Shown here: piece after piece, positions 19,650 through 27,992 of the stretch
Position numbering within the stretch: position 1 is the first letter of the stretch
How the letters are laid out: every line of letters starts with the position of its first letter
NCBI GenBank assembly: GCA_964460215.1
Contig: CAYWQM010000005.1
Coordinates: 16,211 to 80,210 of the forward strand
Direction: 5' to 3'
Length of the DNA stretch: 64,000 bases
Source of the DNA: an uncultured Lentisphaerales bacterium
GTDB lineage: Bacteria; Verrucomicrobiota; Lentisphaeria; JABSQK01; CAJWLW01
Program-made: the position numbers and the translations under genes
The notes under the pieces: generated by a model
Told to the model about the DNA's origin: nothing
Databases searched by the model: none
Seen by the model: only the letters and a program-made list of their open reading frames with translations

Positions 19650-20413
19650 ACATTCTTCTTACCAATGACGATGGCTGGAACTCGCCGCTGCTGCCGTTCA
19701 CCGCCGATTACCTTCGAGAGATGGGCGACCTCACGATCGCGTTGCCGCAGGATGAGCAAAGCTGGACCGGCAAAGCGATGACACGGTTCGGCAGGTTGCA
19801 GGTGGAAGAGCGGGAGTTGTCCGGGGTAACCGGCTACAGCATCAACGGGCGTCCGGCGGACTGCGTCAACCTGGCCCTGCATCATCTCTGCCCGAAGCTG
19901 CCGGACCTGATTGTCTCGGGAATCAACATGGGGGCCAACCTCGGGGTTTCCTTTATTGTGTCATCCGGCACTGTCGGCGCTTGCATGGAAGGGAATATCG
20001 CCGGCGTTCCCGGCATTGCCCTGTCGCAGTGCCTGCAGCCGGAGACGTACAAGCAGTGGGTGAACGAGCAGCATCTGCCGGCTGCTGCCGTTGATGACCT
20101 TTGTCGCCACCAGCGGCAATTCCTCGATGCTGCCCTGGCTGATCTTCGGGCTCGCGAGGATGCCTTCTCGAAGCCGATCACCTGGAATGTGAATATGCCG
20201 CATACACCCGATGATAACTGGAGCGTTGTCCACACCAATGTCGGCCGCACCTCTTACGGCTCCTGTTTTGTTCGCGACGAGGCGACTGGGGACTATCGGC
20301 ACGATTTGCAGTCGGTCGACTCCGATGGCGACCAGGCATCCGATGGGGCCGTGGCGTATTTCAACGGCCATGTCAGCATCAGCCGCATTGACATATGGCA
20401 GCTCGGCAGGTAA
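19646..20413 (+). CDS. surE: 5'/3'-nucleotidase SurE
   Basis: MNILLTNDDGWNSP...SGINMGANLG. ATGA overlap with the murF stop. Confidence 0.85.
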   Translation: MNILLTNDDGWNSPLLPFTADYLREMGDLTIALPQDEQSWTGKAMTRFGRLQVEERELSGVTGYSINGRPADCVNLALHHLCPKLPDLIVSGINMGANLGVSFIVSSGTVGACMEGNIAGVPGIALSQCLQPETYKQWVNEQHLPAAAVDDLCRHQRQFLDAALADLRAREDAFSKPITWNVNMPHTPDDNWSVVHTNVGRTSYGSCFVRDEATGDYRHDLQSVDSDGDQASDGAVAYFNGHVSISRIDIWQLGR

Positions 20414-20526
20414 CACGGTTCCGTAATTATTTCCCCGCAGCGTAATCTTATCGAGCTCCGGGCTTCACCCGCTCCCACTTCGCCGGCGTCGTTTACCTAT
20501 AACGACTTGCCGCGCTACATTCCCCT

Positions 20527-21330
20527 ATGTCCAGCAAATCAGCAAAGGGTATCAAGTACGAGACAGGCGTTGCCACGGAGGTGACGGACTTGCTGACGGT
20601 TGAAGCGCCGTTGCAGGTGACGATCAACGGCAATCCCTTTACCGTCACGATGCGCACGCCCGGCGACGACTATCGCCTGGTCACCGGGCTGCTGTTTACC
20701 GAGGGTGTGGTCAAGCAGAGCAAAGACCAATTCCCTTACAGTGAGGAGAAAGACCCTGACAGCGGCGTCATCGTCGGTGTCGATCTCCAGATCCCCGAGG
20801 TGTTTCTGTGCGAGAACCTGCAGGCGAAACGGTCACTGCTGATCAACGCTGCCTGCGGTGTTTGCGGTACCCGTGAACTGGCGGACTTGAACCTGACCGG
20901 CGAACCGCTCGAGCCGCGAGACGTCCTCGACGTCGGCATCCTGCCCGGGTTGGCCGAAACCATGCGCCGGCGCCAGCGCGTGTTTGAAGAGACCGGGGGT
21001 ATCCACGCTGCAGCAGCGTTCCGGTTCGACGGCGAATGCCTTTGCGTTTTTGAGGATATCGGTCGCCACAACGCCGTCGACAAGGTCGCCGGTTTCTTAC
21101 TCGAGACCGATGACATCGGCGGTGCCGACATCCTGTTCGTCAGCGGCCGTGTGTCGTTCGAGATCGTCTCAAAGGCCTGGTACGCCGGCATTCCATACCT
21201 GGTTGCGGTCTCCGCACCATCGACCCTGGCAGTCGACATGTGTGAGTATTGGGGGATGTCGCTGATTGCCTTCTGTCGCGAAACACGCGCGACAGTTTAC
21301 GCTAATCCACAGAATGTGCGTGGTGTGTAA
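20527..21330 (+). CDS. fdhD: Formate dehydrogenase accessory sulfurtransferase FdhD
   Basis: GRHNAVDKVAGF motif and conserved Cys (NAACGVCG); ~267 aa. Confidence 0.85.
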   Translation: MSSKSAKGIKYETGVATEVTDLLTVEAPLQVTINGNPFTVTMRTPGDDYRLVTGLLFTEGVVKQSKDQFPYSEEKDPDSGVIVGVDLQIPEVFLCENLQAKRSLLINAACGVCGTRELADLNLTGEPLEPRDVLDVGILPGLAETMRRRQRVFEETGGIHAAAAFRFDGECLCVFEDIGRHNAVDKVAGFLLETDDIGGADILFVSGRVSFEIVSKAWYAGIPYLVAVSAPSTLAVDMCEYWGMSLIAFCRETRATVYANPQNVRGV

Positions 21331-21551
21331 AGACGGCGTCCCCTGCCAAAACCGCCCGGCGCATGCTGTGACGTTTGCACGAGAACCGAGTCCTTGCGCA
21401 TCACCAGTTTCTCCTTGCAATCGGCTATAGATATTGCTATCCTATTAGTAGCCAACCTTTAACACCCACAAGCCAGTCGGCTTGTCTCCAGCCGCTGTGA
21501 TGCGGTTACGGTTTATTATGCCCGGTCACCGGGCTTACCGCGGGATTATGC

Positions 21552-23219
21552 ATGTCTAGGAATATAAGCGCGTTGTCCGGCCGTAAAGGCCTCGACGACA
21601 ATCTTTTCGAACGCATCGTCAAGATCGGTGCCAACCCTGCCTCGGCACCCGATCACGAGCTGCTGGCGAAGGAATACCTCATTGGTGAAGCGATCACCTT
21701 TGGTGCCGCATCCTTTTACGACCTGATCAGTGAAGAGGTTGCCTCAAAAAAGGCCCTGGTCTGCGACGGCAGCGCCTGTCTCTGTGCTGGCACCCAGGAC
21801 AAGGTTGTCGATGAACTCAAGAAGCACATGGACGAGTCAGAGATCGGTACCATCACCTGCCTCGGCCGGTGCCACGAGAACGCGGCGTTCTACTACGGCG
21901 GCTGGAACTACTCCGGCACTGCGATCGACCAGCTCGATGGGGTCATCGGTAAAGAGGGCACCGGTTCGAAAGACAGCTACCACGTCGAATCCCTGCTCGA
22001 TACCCCTATCCTTACGGCCGAATTTCCCGGTGTCGACAGCTATTACGCAGTTTTTCGCGATGGCGTACTGAAGAAGACCGGCGATGAGCTTATCGCCGAG
22101 GTCCAGGCCTCGAACCTGCGCGGCCGCGGCGGTGCCGGATTCCCGACCGGTTTCAAGTGGAACGCTGCCAAGGAAGCGCCGGGCGACAAGAAGTATATTG
22201 TCTGCAACGCCGACGAAGGCGACCCGGGTGCCTATATCGACCGCTATCTACTTGAGCAGCAGCCGCACAGCGTGCTCTTCGGTATGATGGCTGCCGGCTA
22301 TGCGGTCGGCGCCGACGAAGGGTGCCTGTACATTCGCGCCGAGTATCCGGATGCAGTCCAGATCATCGGCCGCGCCATCCAGGAGCTCGAAGGCTGCGGC
22401 TTGCTCGGCGACAATATCTGCGGCTCGAGTTTCTCGTTTTCATTCAAGGTCGTGGTCGGTGCGGGCGCCTACATCTGCGGCGAAGAAACGGCCTTGCTCG
22501 CTTCGATCGAAGGCCGCCGGCCGGAAGTTGATGTGCGGCCGCCTTTCCCGACGACCGAGGGGCTGTTTGGCAAGCCGACAGTCGTCAACAACGTCGAGTC
22601 CTTCGCCAACATCCATGAGATCGTTGCAAATGGCGGTGCCGCTTATGCTGCTGTCGGCACCGAGAAGTCGGCCGGCCCCAAGCTGCTGTGTCTCGACGGA
22701 ATGTTCAACCGCCCGGGCCTCTTCGAAGTGCCGATGGGTACGCCCCTGTCCACCGTGGTCAATGAGCTTGGCCAGGGATTCCGACAGCCGGTCAAGGCCT
22801 TGCACATCGGTGGGCCGCTCGGCGGGCTGGTGCCGATCGCTAAAATCGATTCACTGACCGTTGATTTCGAGTCCTTCAGCAACGGCGGCTTTCTGCTTGG
22901 CCACGGCAGCATCGTCTGTGTGCCAGAGTCGTTCCCGATGATCCGCTACGTCGAGCACATCCTCGACTTTTGCGCCTTCGAGTCCTGTGGCAAGTGCTTT
23001 CCCTGCAGGCTCGGTTCGACTCGAGGTCACGAGCTGGTGACCGGTGCCATCGAGGGCGGCGCGCTGATCGATCGCCAACTCTTCGAAGACCTGATCGAGA
23101 CAATGGAGAAAGGCAGCCTCTGTGCCCACGGCGGCGGCATACCGTTGCCAATCAGGAACGCTTTGATGTACTTTAATGATGAACTGAAGCCGTATTTTCG
23201 CGAGGACGCTGCATCATGA
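21552..23219 (+). CDS. fdsB: NAD-dependent formate dehydrogenase beta subunit (fused NuoE-like + NuoF-like domains)
   Basis: N-terminal thioredoxin-like 2Fe-2S region (CDGSACLCAG...CLGRCHENA). NuoF FMN/NADH motifs GRGGAGFPTGFKW, and 4Fe-4S ESCGKCFPCRLG. Confidence 0.85.
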   Translation: MSRNISALSGRKGLDDNLFERIVKIGANPASAPDHELLAKEYLIGEAITFGAASFYDLISEEVASKKALVCDGSACLCAGTQDKVVDELKKHMDESEIGTITCLGRCHENAAFYYGGWNYSGTAIDQLDGVIGKEGTGSKDSYHVESLLDTPILTAEFPGVDSYYAVFRDGVLKKTGDELIAEVQASNLRGRGGAGFPTGFKWNAAKEAPGDKKYIVCNADEGDPGAYIDRYLLEQQPHSVLFGMMAAGYAVGADEGCLYIRAEYPDAVQIIGRAIQELEGCGLLGDNICGSSFSFSFKVVVGAGAYICGEETALLASIEGRRPEVDVRPPFPTTEGLFGKPTVVNNVESFANIHEIVANGGAAYAAVGTEKSAGPKLLCLDGMFNRPGLFEVPMGTPLSTVVNELGQGFRQPVKALHIGGPLGGLVPIAKIDSLTVDFESFSNGGFLLGHGSIVCVPESFPMIRYVEHILDFCAFESCGKCFPCRLGSTRGHELVTGAIEGGALIDRQLFEDLIETMEKGSLCAHGGGIPLPIRNALMYFNDELKPYFREDAAS

Positions 23220-25966
23220 ATAAAATTGCCTATCTCGATGGCGAGTCATACGAAATCGAAGCAGGTGAAACCCTGCTGAATTTTATCGAGCGACAGCGTG
23301 AGAAGGGCTGCGTGCCGACACTGTGTTATGACGACCGCCTCGAGCCCTTCGGCTCCTGCCGCGTCTGCTCGGTCGAAGTCGCCCTCAGTGAAGACGGACC
23401 GCGCCGCATGGTTGCGGCCTGCCATACCCCGGTCGCCGAGAATATGTGGGTATTCAGCGAATCCGACTCAGTCAAGAAGCTGCGCAGGAACATTGTCGAA
23501 CTGGTCGTCACCGATTACCCGTTGCAGAGTCTCGAGTCACCGCCCAATGGCGATGCCGAGCTCAAGAAAGTCATTGACCAGGTGGGGCTCGACATCCATT
23601 CCGTGCGTTACCCGGCCGGCAAGAACCACGCCGATCGTCAGCAGGACACCTCGCATCCGTACATGCGCGCCGACCTTTCGAAGTGCATTAACTGCTATCG
23701 CTGCGTGCGTGCCTGTGACGAGATCCAGGGGGAGTTCGTGCTGAACATGGCCGGCCGAGGCTTCGACAATCACATCATTATGGGGGCCGACGAACCGTTT
23801 AAGGACTCGCCGTGCGTTTCCTGTGGTGCCTGTTCGCAAACCTGTCCGACCGGTGCCATCACAGACATCCACAAACTCCAGGTGCACGAGGCCGAACGGA
23901 AGGTCCGCACGGTCTGTACGTATTGCGGCGTCGGCTGCAACCTCGAAGTAGCCGTCGGCCCCGGCGACAACATCCTGTCGATTGAAGCGCCGCCCGATGC
24001 CGAAGCGAACCGCGGCCACACCTGCCTGAAAGGGCGCTACGCCTTCAAGTTCCAGAGTCACCCCGAGCGCCTGCAGAGTCCACTGATCCGCCGTGGCGAA
24101 GAATTCGAGGAAGTGTCCTGGGACGAGGCTTACGATTACATCGCCGAGAAGCTGTCCGGTGTCAGCTCCGAACATGGGCCGGATGCCATTGCCGGCATAT
24201 CGTCGGCGCGCTGCATGAATGAAGAGAACTATCTGATGCAGAAGTTCATCCGTGCAGTCATCGGCACCAACAACATTGACTGCTGTGCCCGCGTTTGTCA
24301 TTCACCGACGGCGCTCGGCATGCAGTGGGCCTTCGGAACTGGTGCCGGCACCAATTCGACAGAGTGCCTGAAAAATACCGACCTGATCATGATCATCGGT
24401 GCCAATCCGACGCACGCACACCCCGTGACCGGCGCCCGCATCAAACAGGAAGTCATGAAGGGCACGCCGCTGATCGTCATCGATCCGATCGTGACAGAGA
24501 TTGCAGAGCACGCGAAATACCATCTGGCCCTGCGCCCGGGTACCAATGTCGCGCTGCTCAACATATTCGCTTATTATCTCGTGGACGAGAACCTTATCGA
24601 CAAGGAGTTCGTCGAAGGACGCTGCGAAGGCTATGACGACTATGTCGAGCAGTTGCGCCAGGTCGACATCGACGCGATGGAAGCGGTTTGCGGTGTCGAT
24701 CGTGAACTCGTGCGTGAAGCCGCGATCGCCTACGGCACCGCCAAGAATGCCATGAGCTTCCACGGCCTGGGCGTCACCGAGCACAGCCAGGGTACCAAAA
24801 CTGTCACCATGATTGCGGACCTTGCAATGATGACCGGTAACCTCGGACGCACCGGTGTCGGCGTCAATCCGTTGCGCGGCCAGAACAACGTCCAGGGTGC
24901 CGCCGACATGGGTGTGCAGCCGCATCAGGGCGCCGGCTACCTGCCCGTCACCAACCCGGACAGCCAGGCGAAGTACGAAAAGATCTACGGCGTCCCGGTA
25001 CCGAAAGAGATCGGCTATAAGATCCCACAAATGTTCGACGCGGCCGTGGCCGGCAAGCTCAAGGCTCTGTGGATCATGGGTGAGGACGTTGTACAGACCG
25101 ATCCCAACACCAAGCACGTGATGGAGTCGCTGGAGAGCCTCGACCTCCTGGTGGTCCAGGAAATTTTTATGACCGAAACGGCCAAGCTGGCGCATGTCGT
25201 TTTGCCGGGCGCCACGTTCCTGGAGAAAAGCGGTACGTTCACCAGCGCCGAGCGCCGGGTGCAGCGCTGTAATCAGGTCGTGCCGCCGCTGGCGGGGACG
25301 AAGTCAGACGGCCAGATCATCGTCGATATCATGAACCGCATGGGATACGAGCAGGCCGGCTATGACCCCGATGTCACGCTGCAGGAGATCAGCCAGATCG
25401 TCCCGTTCTTTGCCGGTGCCAAGTGGGACGAGTTCGGTGACAACGGCAAGCAGTGGCCGATCAAGCCCGACGGCAGCGACACCAAGATCCTGCACACCGA
25501 GACATTCAAGCGTGGCCGCGCCAAGTTCCATTTCTGGGACTTCGAAGAGAGCCGGGAGCTGGTTGACAACAGCGCTGAATTTCCGTTTATTCTGACGACT
25601 GGTCGCAAGCTCGAGCACTACAACTGCGGCACGATGACTCGGCGTACCGGCAATCTGCAGTTGCTCAGCGAAGACGTCCTGGTGATCAACCCGGTTGACG
25701 CCGAGAAGAAGAACATTGCCGATGGCGACACCGTGCGACTGTTCTCGGTCCGTGGCGAAGTGAGTCTCACGGCGGAAGTCTCGACCCGCGTCAGGCCCGG
25801 GGTGATCTACACGACCTTCCACTTCCCTGAGCAGATGGTCAATTACGTCACCAGCAATGTCCAGGACGCGGATTCCCTATGTCCCGAGTACAAAGTCGTT
25901 GCCGTCGACGTTGAGCGAGTCGCGACGGCTGCCACGGCTGAGCACGCCGAGCTGGCAAAGGCTTAG
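23216..25966 (+). CDS. fdsA: NAD-dependent formate dehydrogenase alpha subunit (molybdopterin oxidoreductase; Cys-type, no in-frame TGA)
   Basis: N-terminal 2Fe-2S (CRVCSV), 4Fe-4S motifs CINCYRCVRAC and CVSCGACSQTCP, CTYCGVGC Mo-bisPGD domain. Active-site region CCARVCHSPTA has Cys where SeCys would be. ATGA overlap with fdsB. Confidence 0.9.
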   Translation: MNKIAYLDGESYEIEAGETLLNFIERQREKGCVPTLCYDDRLEPFGSCRVCSVEVALSEDGPRRMVAACHTPVAENMWVFSESDSVKKLRRNIVELVVTDYPLQSLESPPNGDAELKKVIDQVGLDIHSVRYPAGKNHADRQQDTSHPYMRADLSKCINCYRCVRACDEIQGEFVLNMAGRGFDNHIIMGADEPFKDSPCVSCGACSQTCPTGAITDIHKLQVHEAERKVRTVCTYCGVGCNLEVAVGPGDNILSIEAPPDAEANRGHTCLKGRYAFKFQSHPERLQSPLIRRGEEFEEVSWDEAYDYIAEKLSGVSSEHGPDAIAGISSARCMNEENYLMQKFIRAVIGTNNIDCCARVCHSPTALGMQWAFGTGAGTNSTECLKNTDLIMIIGANPTHAHPVTGARIKQEVMKGTPLIVIDPIVTEIAEHAKYHLALRPGTNVALLNIFAYYLVDENLIDKEFVEGRCEGYDDYVEQLRQVDIDAMEAVCGVDRELVREAAIAYGTAKNAMSFHGLGVTEHSQGTKTVTMIADLAMMTGNLGRTGVGVNPLRGQNNVQGAADMGVQPHQGAGYLPVTNPDSQAKYEKIYGVPVPKEIGYKIPQMFDAAVAGKLKALWIMGEDVVQTDPNTKHVMESLESLDLLVVQEIFMTETAKLAHVVLPGATFLEKSGTFTSAERRVQRCNQVVPPLAGTKSDGQIIVDIMNRMGYEQAGYDPDVTLQEISQIVPFFAGAKWDEFGDNGKQWPIKPDGSDTKILHTETFKRGRAKFHFWDFEESRELVDNSAEFPFILTTGRKLEHYNCGTMTRRTGNLQLLSEDVLVINPVDAEKKNIADGDTVRLFSVRGEVSLTAEVSTRVRPGVIYTTFHFPEQMVNYVTSNVQDADSLCPEYKVVAVDVERVATAATAEHAELAKA

Positions 25967-26357
25967 CAGCCTGCCGCGAAATAGGAATCTACCGTTGCAG
26001 CCAGTCCAACACGGCAACCGCTGCTACGCTGTACACGAGCGTGCGGCGCGACGCCCGCTACTATCCGCAGTACGTCACCCAATACGCTGACCTTGTCGAC
26101 GACTGGGATCTGCCGGCGAAGGACCGCACTGCACGGGACTGGTCGCCGCCGCCGTTGACGATGCGGCGCGGCGAATATGAAGTGCTGGCGCGGTGGCCCG
26201 ACAAAAACCTTGGGAATTGGGCCACATGCAGCTCATCTGCTTCGACAAACTCAATCCGCATGCCCCAGCCTTCACGGCACAGCAGCATCTTGCCAAACAC
26301 AGTGTTTGCGGCGTTTGTGTGGCTTGGGTTGACGCTTACCGTCGTTTCCATGCCGTT

Positions 26358-27692
26358 TCACGTCCAGGCAGCACCGTTGGGGAAGTCGTGGCGATCGAGG
26401 GATTCGGGATGCATGGTGATGCTGTAGCCGGGCTGCGTGGGCAACTGATAACGACTGTTGCGCATCACGACCGGATCGACGAAGTGTTCGTGCAGATGAT
26501 CGGAATACTCGATGACGAAGTTGTCGAGGTCCGGCGCGACGGCGACATAATTGAATGCCGCGAGGTGCTGAACGTATTCGCACAATCCCACCCCGCCGGC
26601 GTGCGGGCAAACCGGGATACCGAACTTGGCGGCCATCAGGATCACGGCGAGGACCTCGTTGACGCCGCCCAGCCGGCAGCTGTCGATTTGGCAGAAAGCC
26701 ATCGCCTCGGCCTGCATGTACTGCTTGAACAGAACGCGGTTGCTGATGGTCTCGCCGACGGCGACGCCGATCGGGGCGATGCCTTTGGCGATACGGGCGT
26801 GGCCGAGGATATCGTCGACATGGCTCGGCTCTTCGAACCACACGAGATTGAATTGCTGGAAGTGCTGCATCCAGTCGATGGCTTCGTTTATGGTCAGGGT
26901 TTGATTGGCATCGACCATCAGCCAGCCGTCCGGCCCGATCTCCTCGCGGATGAGCCGGGCGCGATTGACTTCGGCTTCGAGGTCGGCGCCGATCTTCATT
27001 TTGAAGCGGGTCCAGCCCTCCGCCTGGTATTTATGCACCAGATCGCGGACTTCGCTGTCGGTATAGCCGAGCCAGCCGGCACTGGACGTGTAGGACGGCA
27101 TGCCAACCTCTCGCAACGCCTCGGCGCGGTCGGTCTTGGTGGCGGCGTTGGCCTCGAGAATCGAACGGGCTTCGTCCGGCGTGAGGGCGTCGGTGATGTA
27201 GCTGAACTCGACGTGGTCCACAAGCTCGGCCGGTTCCATGTCGGCGAGGAGCTGCCACAGGGGCTTGCCGGCCTGTTTGGCACGGAGATCCCAGAGCGCG
27301 TTGATGAGGGCGGCAACGGCAAAATGCTGCACGCCTTTCTCCGGGCCGAGCCAGCGCAACTGACCGTCGTTGGCGAGCCCGTACCAGAAGTGGTGCATAT
27401 CTGCGAAGATCGCTTCGACATTTTGCCCGAGTACGTGCTCCTTCAGTGCTTCGATCATCGCGACACAGACTTCATTGCCCCGGCCCAGCGTGAAGGTGAT
27501 GCCGTGTCCGGTCAGACCGGGGACATCGGTTTCGAGTGTCACGTAGGGACATGAATAGTCGGGATCTTTGTGGATCGCATCGGAACCGTGCAGGCCGTCG
27601 GAGGTCAGAAAGCGAATATCACGCACGGATATGTTTGTAATCGTGGTCGGCACAGGGCCTCCGATAGGGTAATTGTCATAATGAGGAAGCAA
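26358..27692 (-). CDS. Enolase-superfamily dehydratase, L-fuconate dehydratase-like (MR/MLE family)
   Basis: ~444 aa. KIGADLEAEVNRARLIREEIGPDGWLMVDANQ...FEEPSHVDD...IAVGE...QIDSCRLGG is the MR/MLE metal-binding pattern with fuconate-dehydratase-like length. Confidence 0.8.
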   Translation of the reverse strand: MLPHYDNYPIGGPVPTTITNISVRDIRFLTSDGLHGSDAIHKDPDYSCPYVTLETDVPGLTGHGITFTLGRGNEVCVAMIEALKEHVLGQNVEAIFADMHHFWYGLANDGQLRWLGPEKGVQHFAVAALINALWDLRAKQAGKPLWQLLADMEPAELVDHVEFSYITDALTPDEARSILEANAATKTDRAEALREVGMPSYTSSAGWLGYTDSEVRDLVHKYQAEGWTRFKMKIGADLEAEVNRARLIREEIGPDGWLMVDANQTLTINEAIDWMQHFQQFNLVWFEEPSHVDDILGHARIAKGIAPIGVAVGETISNRVLFKQYMQAEAMAFCQIDSCRLGGVNEVLAVILMAAKFGIPVCPHAGGVGLCEYVQHLAAFNYVAVAPDLDNFVIEYSDHLHEHFVDPVVMRNSRYQLPTQPGYSITMHPESLDRHDFPNGAAWT

Positions 27693-27719
27693 CGATAAAC
27701 TATATCTGGATAATTTGGG

Positions 27720-27905
27720 TTGTCACGACTTCAGCAATTACACATGCAGTCATCGCAGCAATCGAATTGCCTCACGCCGATCTCAAAAGATCATTCGGCA
27801 TTCACGTTGATTGAACTTCTAGTAGTTATTGCCATTCTTGCGTCGATGTTGCTGCCGGCCTTGTCGTCCGCTAAAGGGGCGGCACAAGACGTTTTGTATG
27901 AATAA
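27720..27905 (+). pseudogene. Truncated prepilin-type N-terminal cleavage/methylation domain fragment (remnant of a DUF1559/H-X9-DG gene)
   Basis: [29 protein letters not shown] is followed immediately by stop; no H-X9-DG domain. Confidence 0.5.
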
Positions 27906-27992
27906 CATGAAACTGCAGAAGGCGGATTACTCGGGATATGCCGTGATCGCACCGTTTAATCCACTGTACGTCGTGGAAGGCCCCTAACCGTA

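Noticed and set aside
21331-21551. Hairpin-like cccggtcaccggg upstream of fdsB as possible terminator or riboswitch
   Set aside because: It is a short stem without a U-tract or recognisable riboswitch consensus. It is more likely ordinary promoter or leader sequence.
23770-25822. Possible selenocysteine or internal ORFs within fdsA
   Set aside because: The fdsA frame is uninterrupted and has Cys at the SeCys-equivalent position. Minus-strand ORFs there are shadows.
26193-27554. 453-aa ORF on + strand
   Set aside because: It is the antisense shadow of the well-supported enolase-superfamily (fuconate dehydratase-like) gene on the minus strand. The translation is low-complexity and non-protein-like.
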